Assembly: GCA_015055905.1 (NCBI GenBank)
Contig: SVHI01000006.1
Location: 1-62,762, forward strand
DNA: 62,762 nt
Reading direction: 5' to 3'
Source: Clostridiales bacterium
GTDB lineage: Bacteria > Bacillota > Clostridia > Christensenellales > UBA1242
Both the position numbers and the translations under genes were made by a program. Shown here in pieces: positions 20,448 through 30,201 of the stretch (the first letter of the stretch is position 1; each line of letters starts with the position of its first letter). The notes under the pieces were generated by a model. It did not search any database and was not told the DNA's origin. It saw only the letters and a program-made list of their open reading frames with translations.

Positions 20448-21779
20448 ATGGCAAATATCATAAATATTAATGAAGAAAATAACATTTTATCATTCGCCGA
20501 TGAACCGCTAGACATTGTCTGTGGAAATACAAATTATTGCTTAAACTTCAATTTTTCTGCACAATGGCAACAATTTACAAAGAAAATTGCGGTTTTTGTG
20601 GCTAATGGAGAAAAGCAACTTGTCGAATTTCAAGAAAGCGAATGTGCGGTTCCTGCAATGCCAAACGCGAACTCGTGTTTTGTCTACGTGCTTGGAATGG
20701 CTGGGGAAAATGAAAGTTTTATTTCAACATCTTTAAGACTAAAACTTATTCCAACTTGTGACTCTACAGTGGAGGCTGATTTTGAAGGTTTTAAAAATTA
20801 TTTGTCTTTGGCATTGGAAAAATTAAAACAATTTGAAGAAGGAAATTACAAAGCAAAAGTGGCTGAAAAATCAGAGTCTCAAGTTGACATAAAAGAAAAC
20901 CAAACAGTGGAGGGTTCAAAGAATTTTGTTGGTGAACTTCTCTATGGTGGAAAAGATGTTGCAACTTTGTCTCAATTTTCTAACGATAATCTGCTCGCTA
21001 ATGGCGACTTTAGTGTAAACCAAAGAGGGAAAAATTATTATCAAGGCAAGAACGGTTTAACTATTTTTTCTGCTGACAGATGGAAAATTCTTGGACAAAA
21101 CACCTCGTTTAATCTTACAACCAAAAAACTTATCATTTATGTTAATCACACTTTTTCGCAAGTTGTTGAAATTCCAACAGCACTTAGAGGACAAATGGTG
21201 ACCGCTTGTTTTAGCGTTGGAACTATTACAAAAGAAATTAATGCATTTGTAAGCGATGGAACAAATGAGGTGACAAAGAAACTCGAGGTTGGCGAAAATG
21301 TTATCTCGTTTGAAGTGGGTGCAGAAGCAACAACTTTAGAAGTGGGCTTTAGAGGAGTTGCTATTAACTCTAATACTTTCTTAAACTTTGTTAAGCTTGA
21401 AGTTGGTGATAAATTCACTGGGTTCAGGGCGAAGAGCGCGAGAGAAGAATTAGAAGATTGTCAAAAGTATTATTATGTAAAAACAACAGACGGCGATGAG
21501 GGAATCTTTGGTGCAGGAATGTGTATTTCGAATTCAGAAGCCAGAGTGTCGGTTAAACTTCCTGTTCAAATGAGGGTTGCCCCAACAGTGACTGCGACAG
21601 GCGAATTTTGTATTTGCTCAGCCAATATTGAAACAATGACCACATTTAATGTTCTTAGCTATGAAGGTGACTCTGTGACTTTAAGTGTTGTGACTGCAAC
21701 CACCGTTTCGGGAATGGGTGCGATGCTTAGAGCAAATGCCACAGGTGCAAGCATTAGTTTTGATGCCGAAATTTATTAA
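20448..21779 (+). CDS. Phage tail fibre/receptor-binding-like protein (orphan)
   Basis: BppU-like N-terminus, NLLANGDFSVNQRG, KLEVG, EELEDCQKYY, MRVAPTV motifs typical of tail fibres. Confidence 0.7.
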   Translation: MANIININEENNILSFADEPLDIVCGNTNYCLNFNFSAQWQQFTKKIAVFVANGEKQLVEFQESECAVPAMPNANSCFVYVLGMAGENESFISTSLRLKLIPTCDSTVEADFEGFKNYLSLALEKLKQFEEGNYKAKVAEKSESQVDIKENQTVEGSKNFVGELLYGGKDVATLSQFSNDNLLANGDFSVNQRGKNYYQGKNGLTIFSADRWKILGQNTSFNLTTKKLIIYVNHTFSQVVEIPTALRGQMVTACFSVGTITKEINAFVSDGTNEVTKKLEVGENVISFEVGAEATTLEVGFRGVAINSNTFLNFVKLEVGDKFTGFRAKSAREELEDCQKYYYVKTTDGDEGIFGAGMCISNSEARVSVKLPVQMRVAPTVTATGEFCICSANIETMTTFNVLSYEGDSVTLSVVTATTVSGMGAMLRANATGASISFDAEIY

Positions 21780-21793
21780 TAAAGGAGAACAAA

Positions 21794-22021
21794 ATGGAAA
21801 TGGATAATTTAGAAATTATTGAAGACATTGCTGATGTTGAAGAAGTAAAACTAAGACCTATTGGTGTGTATGTGAAGAGAGACAAAAATGGAAAAGTTAT
21901 TCAAATCAACAGTGAAATCTTTATTGAAGACTTAACAGGTTGGGAAAAGATTGATGAGGGCTTTGGCGACAAATATGCACACGCCCAAAGCTTATATAAA
22001 ATAAAAACAGATAGTGATTAA
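21794..22021 (+). CDS. Small phage tail-associated protein
   Basis: VYVKRDKNGKVIQINS..GWEKIDEGFGDKYAHAQ resembles small genes following tail fibres in Bacillota phages. Confidence 0.55.
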   Translation: MEMDNLEIIEDIADVEEVKLRPIGVYVKRDKNGKVIQINSEIFIEDLTGWEKIDEGFGDKYAHAQSLYKIKTDSD

Positions 22022-23115
22022 CTATCTGTTTTTTCATAATATATTTTTGATATTTTTTGAAGTAATTTTAAGAATTTTTTTGTATATGTTTTATACTCTT
22101 CAATTTCAACAAATTCGTTTGGTTTGTGTGCAAGGGCAAGGTCACCAACGCCAAAAATGATGGCGTCGCCTGAGTAAGAAGTCAGGTATCCAGCCTCGCA
22201 GCCACCACCAAAAACAACATCTTCACTTTTTGTTGTTTTGATTAAATTTTTAATTTTTTGCATATTTTTCATATAAAATGCAGGTATTTTTAGTGTATTT
22301 TGCAGTTTATATTTAAGACCAACGTAATTATTTTTGATTTCTTCAAGTTTATTTTCGATTTCTTTGATAAATAAATTAACTGAGTCTTCATCAAATGAGC
22401 GAATGTCAAATTTAAGTTCTAGTTTGTCAGCAACCTTGTTTGTTGCGTCGCCGCCAATGATTGTTCCGCAGTTTGATGTGAGGTTAAATCTTGATTGATT
22501 TTCTTCAATGAAGTTTATAATTTTTGCTGCAGCGCAAATGGCATTAACTCCATTTTGTGGGATAGAACTGTGACAGGTTTTTCCAGTGAGTTCGAGCGTA
22601 AACTCATAGCAACCCTTTGACATAAGTTTATATCTTGATTTTGTTGGTTCGCCGATAATTGAAAGTCTTGGATTTATTTTTAATTTTTTGAGATTTTCAA
22701 TAACATTTTCAATGCAACATAGAGATGTTTCTTCATCGGTAGTGAGCGCCGCTATAACGGGGTAAGGTTGAGATTTTATTTTTTCAATATTATCAATAAT
22801 TATTGCTGTAAAACTTTTCATATCAATGGTTCCAAGACCAAATAGTTTTCCGTCTAACTCAGCCAGTGTAAATGGGTCGGTGTTATATTCTTTTGTGCTA
22901 GGAACAACAGTGTCAATGTGTCCAGAAAGAACCACAGGACTAATTGATTTGAGTGCGGTGTTTATACCAATAAGAATTGATGGTTTGTTATTAATTTTGT
23001 TTCTTATAATTTTTATTTCTTTTACTTTAGTTTTTAATTTATTTTTTATAAAGTCAACAATCTCATCTTGACTGTTTGATGAGTTTATGCTGACAAGTTG
23101 TTTTAATGTGTTCAT
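22018..23115 (-). CDS. M20 family metallo-hydrolase (ArgE/DapE-like, acetylornithine deacetylase-like)
   Basis: SGHIDTV, GLGTIDMK, TTDEE, GEPT, HSS, AHKPNE; ATG 23115 after AAGGAG. Confidence 0.85.
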   Translation of the reverse strand: MNTLKQLVSINSSNSQDEIVDFIKNKLKTKVKEIKIIRNKINNKPSILIGINTALKSISPVVLSGHIDTVVPSTKEYNTDPFTLAELDGKLFGLGTIDMKSFTAIIIDNIEKIKSQPYPVIAALTTDEETSLCCIENVIENLKKLKINPRLSIIGEPTKSRYKLMSKGCYEFTLELTGKTCHSSIPQNGVNAICAAAKIINFIEENQSRFNLTSNCGTIIGGDATNKVADKLELKFDIRSFDEDSVNLFIKEIENKLEEIKNNYVGLKYKLQNTLKIPAFYMKNMQKIKNLIKTTKSEDVVFGGGCEAGYLTSYSGDAIIFGVGDLALAHKPNEFVEIEEYKTYTKKFLKLLQKISKIYYEKTDS

Positions 23116-23134
23116 AATCTTCTCCTTTTTAAGC

Positions 23135-23177
23135 AAATAAAAAACCCAGTGTATATGTTTCAAAACATACCACTGGG
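23135..23177 (-). terminator. Attenuator terminator upstream of the M20 gene
   Basis: Minus strand CCCAGTGGTATGTTT-tg-AAACATATACACTGGG-TTTTTT. Confidence 0.8.
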
Positions 23178-23260
23178 CGAAAAAGATTATAAAACATTTA
23201 ATCCAACAATATGTTTTGCAAGCACCAAAAATCGCACCTGCAAAACATTTTTGCAAGTGA

Positions 23261-23299
23261 CTATCTTTGATGATGCCAAAGCATTGTTGACTTAAACAT
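23261..23299 (-). CDS. Putative leader peptide MFKSTMLWHHQR
   Basis: RBS GGAGG, 12 codons, between consensus promoter and attenuator. Confidence 0.7.
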   Translation of the reverse strand: MFKSTMLWHHQR

Positions 23300-23327
23300 A
23301 GTTGTCCTCCTAATTGATTATGACTTA

Positions 23328-23356
23328 ATTATAGACATCAAAAAAATAATTGTCAA
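23328..23356 (-). promoter_or_regulatory. Consensus sigma-A promoter
   Basis: TTGACA-17bp-TATAAT on the minus strand. Confidence 0.85.
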
Positions 23357-23534
23357 TATTAATTTTGAAAAGATGAAAAATATAAATGCAAATAAAATTA
23401 TGTAAAGTGTTTATTTTTGAAAAAATTTAATATAAAAATACATTTTTGAGTGAAAAGTTTAAAAATTAAGATTTTGAGAATCGTTGACGATATTTTTTAT
23501 TTGTGATAGTATATTTTTGTTGAAGGAATATTTT

Positions 23535-24305
23535 ATGAACGAATTAGAAAAATATTATAATAAATTTAATGAAGATAAAAGGCTTTTGTCAAGACACGGG
23601 CAGGTTGAATTTTTTGTTGCTAATCACTATATAGATGAAGTGATTGGTGAAAGAAAAGAACTTGACATCTTAGATGTTGGTGCGGGCACTGGAAGATATT
23701 CGGTTAGACTTGCGGAACTTGGTCACAATGTGACAGCTGTTGAACTTGTGAATAAAAATGTTAGCCAGATAAAAATGAAGTCAAACAAAATTGTGGCAAA
23801 GCAGGGTGATGCTGTAAATTTGAAATTTAAAGATAACTCATTTGATGTTGTTTTGTTGTTTGGACCACAATATCATTTGATTTCTCACGAAGAAAAATTG
23901 CAAGCATTAAATGAAGCCAAGAGGGTTGTTAGACCAAATGGCCACATTCTCATTATGTATTTAATGAATGAGTATGCTGTTATTACTTATGCGTTCAAAG
24001 AGGGAAACTTGAAAAAGTGTTTGGCTGAAAATAAACTAGATGAGAATTTTCAAACCATTACTAACAAAGAAGATTTGTATAGTTATGTGAGGCTTGAAGA
24101 GATTAATAAACTTAAAGATGAATCAGGGTTAGAGCGAGTTAAAATTATTGGTGTTGATGGTGCAACAGATTATATTAGACCAGTGATAAACAAACTTGAT
24201 GATGAAGATTTTGAGGTTTATAAAAAGTATCAACTTTCAATTTGTGAGAGACCTGAACTTATGGGGGCTAGTTCTCACATTATGGATATTCTCACAAAAA
24301 AATAA
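23535..24305 (+). CDS. Class I SAM-dependent methyltransferase
   Basis: ILDVGAGTGRY, FDVVLLFGP(Q)YHL. Confidence 0.9.
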   Translation: MNELEKYYNKFNEDKRLLSRHGQVEFFVANHYIDEVIGERKELDILDVGAGTGRYSVRLAELGHNVTAVELVNKNVSQIKMKSNKIVAKQGDAVNLKFKDNSFDVVLLFGPQYHLISHEEKLQALNEAKRVVRPNGHILIMYLMNEYAVITYAFKEGNLKKCLAENKLDENFQTITNKEDLYSYVRLEEINKLKDESGLERVKIIGVDGATDYIRPVINKLDDEDFEVYKKYQLSICERPELMGASSHIMDILTKK

Positions 24306-24379
24306 ACGCAAAAATATTTTAAAATTAATAAAAAATGCATATAAAAAGCCTTTATTGTTAAAAATAAAGGCTTTTTTGT

Positions 24380-24952
24380 TTATTTTGAACGTTTAATTAT
24401 TTCGTGGTAAATATCCATCCAACTGTGAACGGTTGTAACATTTTTGAGTTTAACATCTCGTGCTTCGCCCTCTTTGAGATATAGGACATCAACCTTTGAA
24501 TCTTTGAACAAATCAACATTTCTTGGGTTGTCTTCAATCATTAAATCGAGACCAAGTTCTTCACATCTTCTTACTTTGTTTCTTTCGCCCCAAATGATTT
24601 GTTTTGGTTTGACAGACATCTTTTTCATATGCCTCTTTGCTGAAGCAATTTCTTGAGGTCTAAAACAACCTCTTAAAGTGACGATATAAAATTCGTGACC
24701 CAAGTCTGCAAGTTCTTTCATAATCTCGTTTGCACCAGGCACAAATTCGCATTTTTGAACCAAGCTGTCATAGCACTCAGTAAAGAATCTTTCAGTTTCT
24801 TCTTGTGTCCAATCAAAACAAACCTCTTGAGAAACTTCGTCTGCTTTGAGTCTTGGTTTATTTAATGTTTTTAGTGACCAATATTCTGCACCGAATCTTA
24901 ATTTTCTTTCACTATCTAAAATTACGCCGTCAAAATCAATACCTATTTTCAT
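24380..24952 (-). CDS. HAD-superfamily 5'(3')-nucleotidase-like protein
   Basis: IGIDFDGVI, YIVT, K..DLMIED. Confidence 0.8.
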   Translation of the reverse strand: MKIGIDFDGVILDSERKLRFGAEYWSLKTLNKPRLKADEVSQEVCFDWTQEETERFFTECYDSLVQKCEFVPGANEIMKELADLGHEFYIVTLRGCFRPQEIASAKRHMKKMSVKPKQIIWGERNKVRRCEELGLDLMIEDNPRNVDLFKDSKVDVLYLKEGEARDVKLKNVTTVHSWMDIYHEIIKRSK

Positions 24953-25051
24953 TTTGTTTTCCTCTTTATAAACGGAATTATAACATAAAAATTTATATTT
25001 TCAAATTTAAATAATAAAAAACAAATAAAAAACATAGAAAAAATCTATGTT

Positions 25052-26050
25052 TTATCTTTTTATATCTTTGCTTTGCTCAAGTAAAAATGACTTAACATCA
25101 GCTAAACTCTGTGTGAATGCGTCGCCGTGTTCACAATGTTTTAAAACGTCGCAAGCAACGCCAATTTTGATTGCCTCGAGTGGATTGTTCCAGTCGGTCA
25201 TCAAGCCATAGATTACGCCGCCCGCAAAAGCATCGCCTCCGCCAACACGGTCGAGAATATCAAATGAATATTCTTTTGTTTCGAGTTTTTGAAGTTTGCC
25301 GTTTTCAACAAAGTATGCAAAACCTTTGAGTGCGTTTCTTGAAGATGTGAAGACAGTTCTTTTTGTGTGAACAAGATACTTGATGTTAAATTTTTCAAGG
25401 AAGGTTTTAATAACCTCGTCGTCTTCGCCGTCGATATCAAAGAATGTTTTGATGTCAAAGAGATTGCCGATGCATACATCTGCATAAGGAATGATGTCTT
25501 TGAATTTAGATTTTGCCTCTTCGATTGACCAAAGTTTTGAACGATAGTTGAAGTCAAAAATGACAGTTAATCCCATTTCTTTTGCTTTTTTTGCAAGGTC
25601 AATGGTGACGTCTGATGTTTTTGTTGAAAGGGCAAGAGAAATGCCTGATGTGAAATAAGCATCTGCACCGCTAAATATTTTTTCGGCGTTGATGTCGTTT
25701 ATGTCAATGTCACGAATAGCAGAGTTGTCTCTGTTATAGATAACGTTTGATGGACGTTCGCCAAAACCTTCTTCAACAAAATAGATTCCAAGGTGGTCGC
25801 CTTTTCTAACAACATTTGAAATATTGACGTTGTTTTTTGTTAAGTGTCTAATTGCACCTTCGCCGATTGAGTTTTCAGGGATAACAGAAACATAGTCTGT
25901 TTGAAGCCCAAGAGAAGAAAGTGTGATAAGAACATTGGTTTCACTTCCGCCGTAGTAAACGTGATATAATTCTGAGTCTTTAATGAGGCTGTGGTTGCTT
26001 GGAGTAAGTCTCATCATAATCTCGCCAAAGCCTATAATTTTTTTGTTCAT
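25052..26050 (-). CDS. kdgK: PfkB family sugar kinase, 2-keto-3-deoxygluconate kinase-like
   Basis: FGEIMMRL, GGSETNV, DFNYRSKLW, DRVGGGDAF. Confidence 0.8.
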   Translation of the reverse strand: MNKKIIGFGEIMMRLTPSNHSLIKDSELYHVYYGGSETNVLITLSSLGLQTDYVSVIPENSIGEGAIRHLTKNNVNISNVVRKGDHLGIYFVEEGFGERPSNVIYNRDNSAIRDIDINDINAEKIFSGADAYFTSGISLALSTKTSDVTIDLAKKAKEMGLTVIFDFNYRSKLWSIEEAKSKFKDIIPYADVCIGNLFDIKTFFDIDGEDDEVIKTFLEKFNIKYLVHTKRTVFTSSRNALKGFAYFVENGKLQKLETKEYSFDILDRVGGGDAFAGGVIYGLMTDWNNPLEAIKIGVACDVLKHCEHGDAFTQSLADVKSFLLEQSKDIKR

Positions 26051-26123
26051 ACGATACCTCGCTAGGTTAATTATATTATCAAATTTTCATTATTGTCAAT
26101 TTAAATAATTGTCAGTAAATTTT

Positions 26124-26636
26124 TTAGTTAATTTGATATAAAAATTTAACCTGAGGCAACGATTTGTTTTCATTGTCGTCGTCGGTATGAATGAGTTTTC
26201 CACCCATTTTCGCATAAAACCCTTGCGCTGGGATGTTGTATTTATTGCAAGAAATTATGAACTGGTTTGTTCCCATTTCTTTGAGTTTTGTGTAGCCGAA
26301 ATCAAACAAGGCTCTGCCGAGTCCTTGACCTTGATGCTCTTTTAAAATATAAAATAATATAATTTCGTTTTTATATGTTTTAAAAGGGCGGAGTGCTTTG
26401 CCATAACACATATAGCCAACAATTTTTTCATTTAAGGTTGCAATATATAAGTGTTGGTCTTTGCTGTTTGCAAGGTATTTAAATTTTTCTTCTTGTTCGG
26501 TGTAATTGTAGCCGTCAATTTTAGCGTCGCTATAAATTCCGCGATAGGTGGTTTCCCAAACCTGCAGTTTCACGGCAGCAAGTTCTTTGCAGTCGCTTTC
26601 GGTTGCTTTTCTAATTTCATAGTTTTTAAATTTCAT
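26124..26636 (-). CDS. GNAT family N-acetyltransferase
   Basis: WETTYRGI, QGQGLGRALF, FYAKMGG. Confidence 0.88.
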   Translation of the reverse strand: MKFKNYEIRKATESDCKELAAVKLQVWETTYRGIYSDAKIDGYNYTEQEEKFKYLANSKDQHLYIATLNEKIVGYMCYGKALRPFKTYKNEIILFYILKEHQGQGLGRALFDFGYTKLKEMGTNQFIISCNKYNIPAQGFYAKMGGKLIHTDDDNENKSLPQVKFLYQIN

Positions 26637-26717
26637 AAACACCTCTTGAAATTAAGGTATAACAAATTGAGAAAAAAGACAAACAAAAAACAAGCCCGAA
26701 GACTTGTTTTTGTGTTT

Positions 26718-29510
26718 TTATGCTACAACATAGAACAGGAATGCTGTTTTGCCAGTTGAGGTTGTGCTAGGGACGTAATATTCCCATAAATCAATACCTT
26801 TGTTTTCTGCGGCTGAATAAACGGTGTTATATGAAAGGCTATTTGCAAGAACAACTTCGAATGTAACATAGGTTGTTGCACTTGAGATGTTTGCCTTGAT
26901 GTAGTTTAAAAGCACGTTTAGTTCAGCGGTTGAGTTGATGTAAAGGTCAAAGGTTGTTTCGCTATAAGTGAAGTTGATGTAGTCATAAGCCTCAATAACG
27001 GTTGTTGCCTTGATTGATGAATGGTCAGCGGTTGAATAGCCTTTTGATGTTTTGTAGGCGTCGGTGAACAAGAATTCTGAGAAAGATAGAATTTCTTGAT
27101 TTGAACCATTGCCAGCGTTTCCGTGTGTTGCGTCAACGCCGAACCAAGCGCCGTTAACGTAAACTTTGTTCCACGCGTGGTTGTTGCCTGTAACGAATAC
27201 GCAAGGGATATTTTCGAGTCTTGCCATAATAAGGAATGCTTTTGCAAAGCCTTCGCAAACAGCTTTCTTTTGATTGAATACGCCCTCAGCAAACCAAGAA
27301 TCATAGAGACGAGATTGTGCTGCGCTGATTTCGCCATTGCCTGACTTTTCGTATGCAAGGTAGTCATATTGAACATTCATAACGAGCCAGGTGTAAATTG
27401 CATAAGATTTTTCAATGTTTGTCATTGAGTCATTGCAAATATCTCTCAAGATAACCTTTGCTTTATTGTAAATGATTTCTGCTTTTGAGCCTGATTTGCA
27501 AACTGGGTTGAAGCCCATTTCAAGAGCATAGACAAGTTGTTCGCTTGTTTGAACTTCCAAAGTTGTTTGAACATTGTTGATGTTAAAGTTGTTGTAAGTG
27601 TCGCTTCTTGTGTCTTCAAACGCAGGGGTTGGGGTAGAGTCGAGTTGAGTGTAAAGATGACCTGTTGAGTTGAGTGTTTGAGATGCGAATGTGTGGCTTG
27701 TTGAAGATGTTACAAAAACTGCACCATAGGTTCCGTTTGACCAAGAACTAAGTGTTGATGCGCTTTGGAATGTAGAAATATCATAAGCATCTTGAACCGC
27801 TGAAGAAATTTCAGCAACGATTGCGTCTCCGTTTTGTGGAACGCTGCTTGGAAGGGTTAAATAAACCTTTTCAGTAATGCCCGTAAACATTACATAAAAT
27901 GCCCAAGATACAAGGTCGTCGTGGCTTGTGATTGTGAGTTTTTTGTCGCTTGATGCGAGTGCTTGTTTGAATCTAGCAACATTTGATTTTGTGAGTGGTG
28001 AAGAAACAAAATAGTTTCCTGAGCCATAGATTGTGAAATCGCGAATTACTTTGTTGCCAAAGGTGTAAGGTGTGGTCATTGCAGCATTTGAATACCAGTT
28101 GTCAACGGTGTAGCCGACCATTCCAGTTTCTTCTAAAGCATAAACGCTATTTACAAGTTCTTTTGTGAGTGTTGTTCCGTTCTCAAGTTCATAAGAGATA
28201 AGTTCAACGCCATCAACACAAACAGTCATAAAGACTTCATCGAATTCATAGTGCGCGGTGAATGTGAGGTTTCCGGTTGTTCCTTTTGTGATTGTAACGG
28301 TTGCAGATTCGCCGTCAATTCCAGTTCCTGACCAAGCGAGGAATGTGTCTCCAGCTTTTTCTGGTGCCTTGAGCGAAAAAGTTTCGGTTTCGATTGTGTA
28401 AGAATCTGGGTTTCCAGGTGAAGCAACGGTTCCGCCTTTGAGATTGTAGGTGATTGTGTAGGTTGTGAGTTGCCATTTTGCAGTAAGGTTGTAGTTTAAC
28501 ATCTTAACTGTTCTAATGGTTTCAATTTTATTGTTTCCTTCGTCAAACCAACCAAGGAAGTCATATCCAAGGCGAGAGAGTGGTTCGAGTGTTATCACGC
28601 CATTTTTTAAGGTGTAGACTGTTGGGTTTGAATGAGGAATATCCATAGTGTTTGAATATGAGATTGTTCTCTCTTCGTCAACTGTGTGTGCAAAAACTGA
28701 AAATGTGTTGTTGTTGCCTTCTTTTGTAAAGAGATAACCTTTTGCACCATAGTCTTTAAGTTCAGTGTAAACGCCGTCTTTTTGGTCGTTTCCAATAATG
28801 CCGTCAGCGATTGCTGTTCCAATCTTTTCAGCAATGGTTGAAAGTTTGAAGTTTTTTGAAACAAGTTCAACAACCCTGAATAAATTTTCGGTTTCTTTTA
28901 CTGTGAGACCATTGATTCTCATAGAGTTGTATTTAACCGAATAACTTGTGTCGCCAGTGCTGCCTTCAATAAGGTTAACAGAGGTGAACATATAGATTGA
29001 TTCAGGAATTTTTGATGAAACTAGGTTGGCAGGGAATGCGGTCATTCCGTCTTTTAAATCTTTTGCATTGAATTTGACAGTGAAGTTGAGGCGAGTGATG
29101 AGATTGTCTTCATAATTTTCGTAATCACTGAAAGTAAGTTCCAAGAAACTAACATCATAGCCAAGATTTAATGAAGTGTCATTTTTAATATTATCATCAA
29201 TTACTGCAGCGATTTCTTTATCAGTGAAATAGATGTAGTTTTCAGTGAAATCGTGAGAGTCCTTTTTAGAGTTTGCACTCTCTAAGTCGCTGGCTGAAAA
29301 GGCGTTTGAAAGAACAACATCAGTTGATGAGAAATTTCCAACCTTGTTTATGCTGCCAATCAAACTGAAAGTGTTGATGTCATATTTAAAATAAGCGAAC
29401 GCTATTACGCCGCCACACAATACAACCAAACTTGTTAAGATTGACACAAATGCAATAAGCAGTTTTTTACCAAAACTTTTCTTTGGTCTTAAATATTTTT
29501 CTTTTGCCAT
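26718..29510 (-). CDS. Membrane-anchored transglutaminase-like protein with InlB B-type repeats
   Basis: N-terminal TM; GYDFLGW..LTAKW repeats; AVCEGFAKAF, HAWN, VDAT Cys-His-Asp triad. Confidence 0.8.
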   Translation of the reverse strand: MAKEKYLRPKKSFGKKLLIAFVSILTSLVVLCGGVIAFAYFKYDINTFSLIGSINKVGNFSSTDVVLSNAFSASDLESANSKKDSHDFTENYIYFTDKEIAAVIDDNIKNDTSLNLGYDVSFLELTFSDYENYEDNLITRLNFTVKFNAKDLKDGMTAFPANLVSSKIPESIYMFTSVNLIEGSTGDTSYSVKYNSMRINGLTVKETENLFRVVELVSKNFKLSTIAEKIGTAIADGIIGNDQKDGVYTELKDYGAKGYLFTKEGNNNTFSVFAHTVDEERTISYSNTMDIPHSNPTVYTLKNGVITLEPLSRLGYDFLGWFDEGNNKIETIRTVKMLNYNLTAKWQLTTYTITYNLKGGTVASPGNPDSYTIETETFSLKAPEKAGDTFLAWSGTGIDGESATVTITKGTTGNLTFTAHYEFDEVFMTVCVDGVELISYELENGTTLTKELVNSVYALEETGMVGYTVDNWYSNAAMTTPYTFGNKVIRDFTIYGSGNYFVSSPLTKSNVARFKQALASSDKKLTITSHDDLVSWAFYVMFTGITEKVYLTLPSSVPQNGDAIVAEISSAVQDAYDISTFQSASTLSSWSNGTYGAVFVTSSTSHTFASQTLNSTGHLYTQLDSTPTPAFEDTRSDTYNNFNINNVQTTLEVQTSEQLVYALEMGFNPVCKSGSKAEIIYNKAKVILRDICNDSMTNIEKSYAIYTWLVMNVQYDYLAYEKSGNGEISAAQSRLYDSWFAEGVFNQKKAVCEGFAKAFLIMARLENIPCVFVTGNNHAWNKVYVNGAWFGVDATHGNAGNGSNQEILSFSEFLFTDAYKTSKGYSTADHSSIKATTVIEAYDYINFTYSETTFDLYINSTAELNVLLNYIKANISSATTYVTFEVVLANSLSYNTVYSAAENKGIDLWEYYVPSTTSTGKTAFLFYVVA

Positions 29511-29637
29511 AGTCACCTCAAATATATACAATTTCAATTTAATTATAATATAAATTTTTTAATATTAATACCTTTTTTGGGGTGGTTGTTAAAATTTTTG
29601 CAATAAAAAAGCATTCTTGAGATAAGAATGCTTTTAA

Positions 29638-30186
29638 TTATTTGTTTGTTTTTTGAGGTTCAATTGCATTTTTTGTTTTGAAACTAAAGATTGAAAAGAA
29701 ACCGCAAACAAGTCCAAGAATGGCATAAATAACAATGATTCCAAGCATTAATGCGGCATCGCCAATGCTTGTGAGTGGATTCAAGCCAACGCCAAGGTTG
29801 CTGAATGTTAAGAATATACCAACAAACACACCACTGATTGAGTTTGTCCAGCATTTTTCAGTTTTTTCCAAATACATCACTGCGCAGTTAATGAGGAATA
29901 CACCAAGCAAACAGCTGATGCTGATTGTTCCAACATTGAGTGTGAATGAACTTGTGATGAGCATCATAACAACAGCAGATGCAAAACCGATTACGGCTCC
30001 AATTAATGCTTTTAGTCTTTCGGTGATAGTTGCACCAAAGAAGACTGTCCAGAATGCGAATGCAACCCACATAAATGAGCCGCCTTCAAACATAAGCCCG
30101 CCAATTAATGCGTCAATAATGTAAAGAATTGATGCGATAATACCAATTCTTAATGGTTTTTTAGAAATTTCCCAAAACTTTTTCAT
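29638..30186 (-). CDS. DUF1097-like membrane protein
   Basis: Hydrophobic, WVAFAFW motif. Confidence 0.6.
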   Translation of the reverse strand: MKKFWEISKKPLRIGIIASILYIIDALIGGLMFEGGSFMWVAFAFWTVFFGATITERLKALIGAVIGFASAVVMMLITSSFTLNVGTISISCLLGVFLINCAVMYLEKTEKCWTNSISGVFVGIFLTFSNLGVGLNPLTSIGDAALMLGIIVIYAILGLVCGFFSIFSFKTKNAIEPQKTNK

Positions 30187-30201
30187 AATTTTCTCCTATG
30201 A

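Noticed and set aside
20448-22021. Complete prophage
   Set aside because: No integrase, capsid, terminase or lysis genes adjacent
23116-23256. N-terminal extension of the 412-aa M20 ORF
   Set aside because: Runs through the attenuator with no RBS; the likely start is ATG 23115
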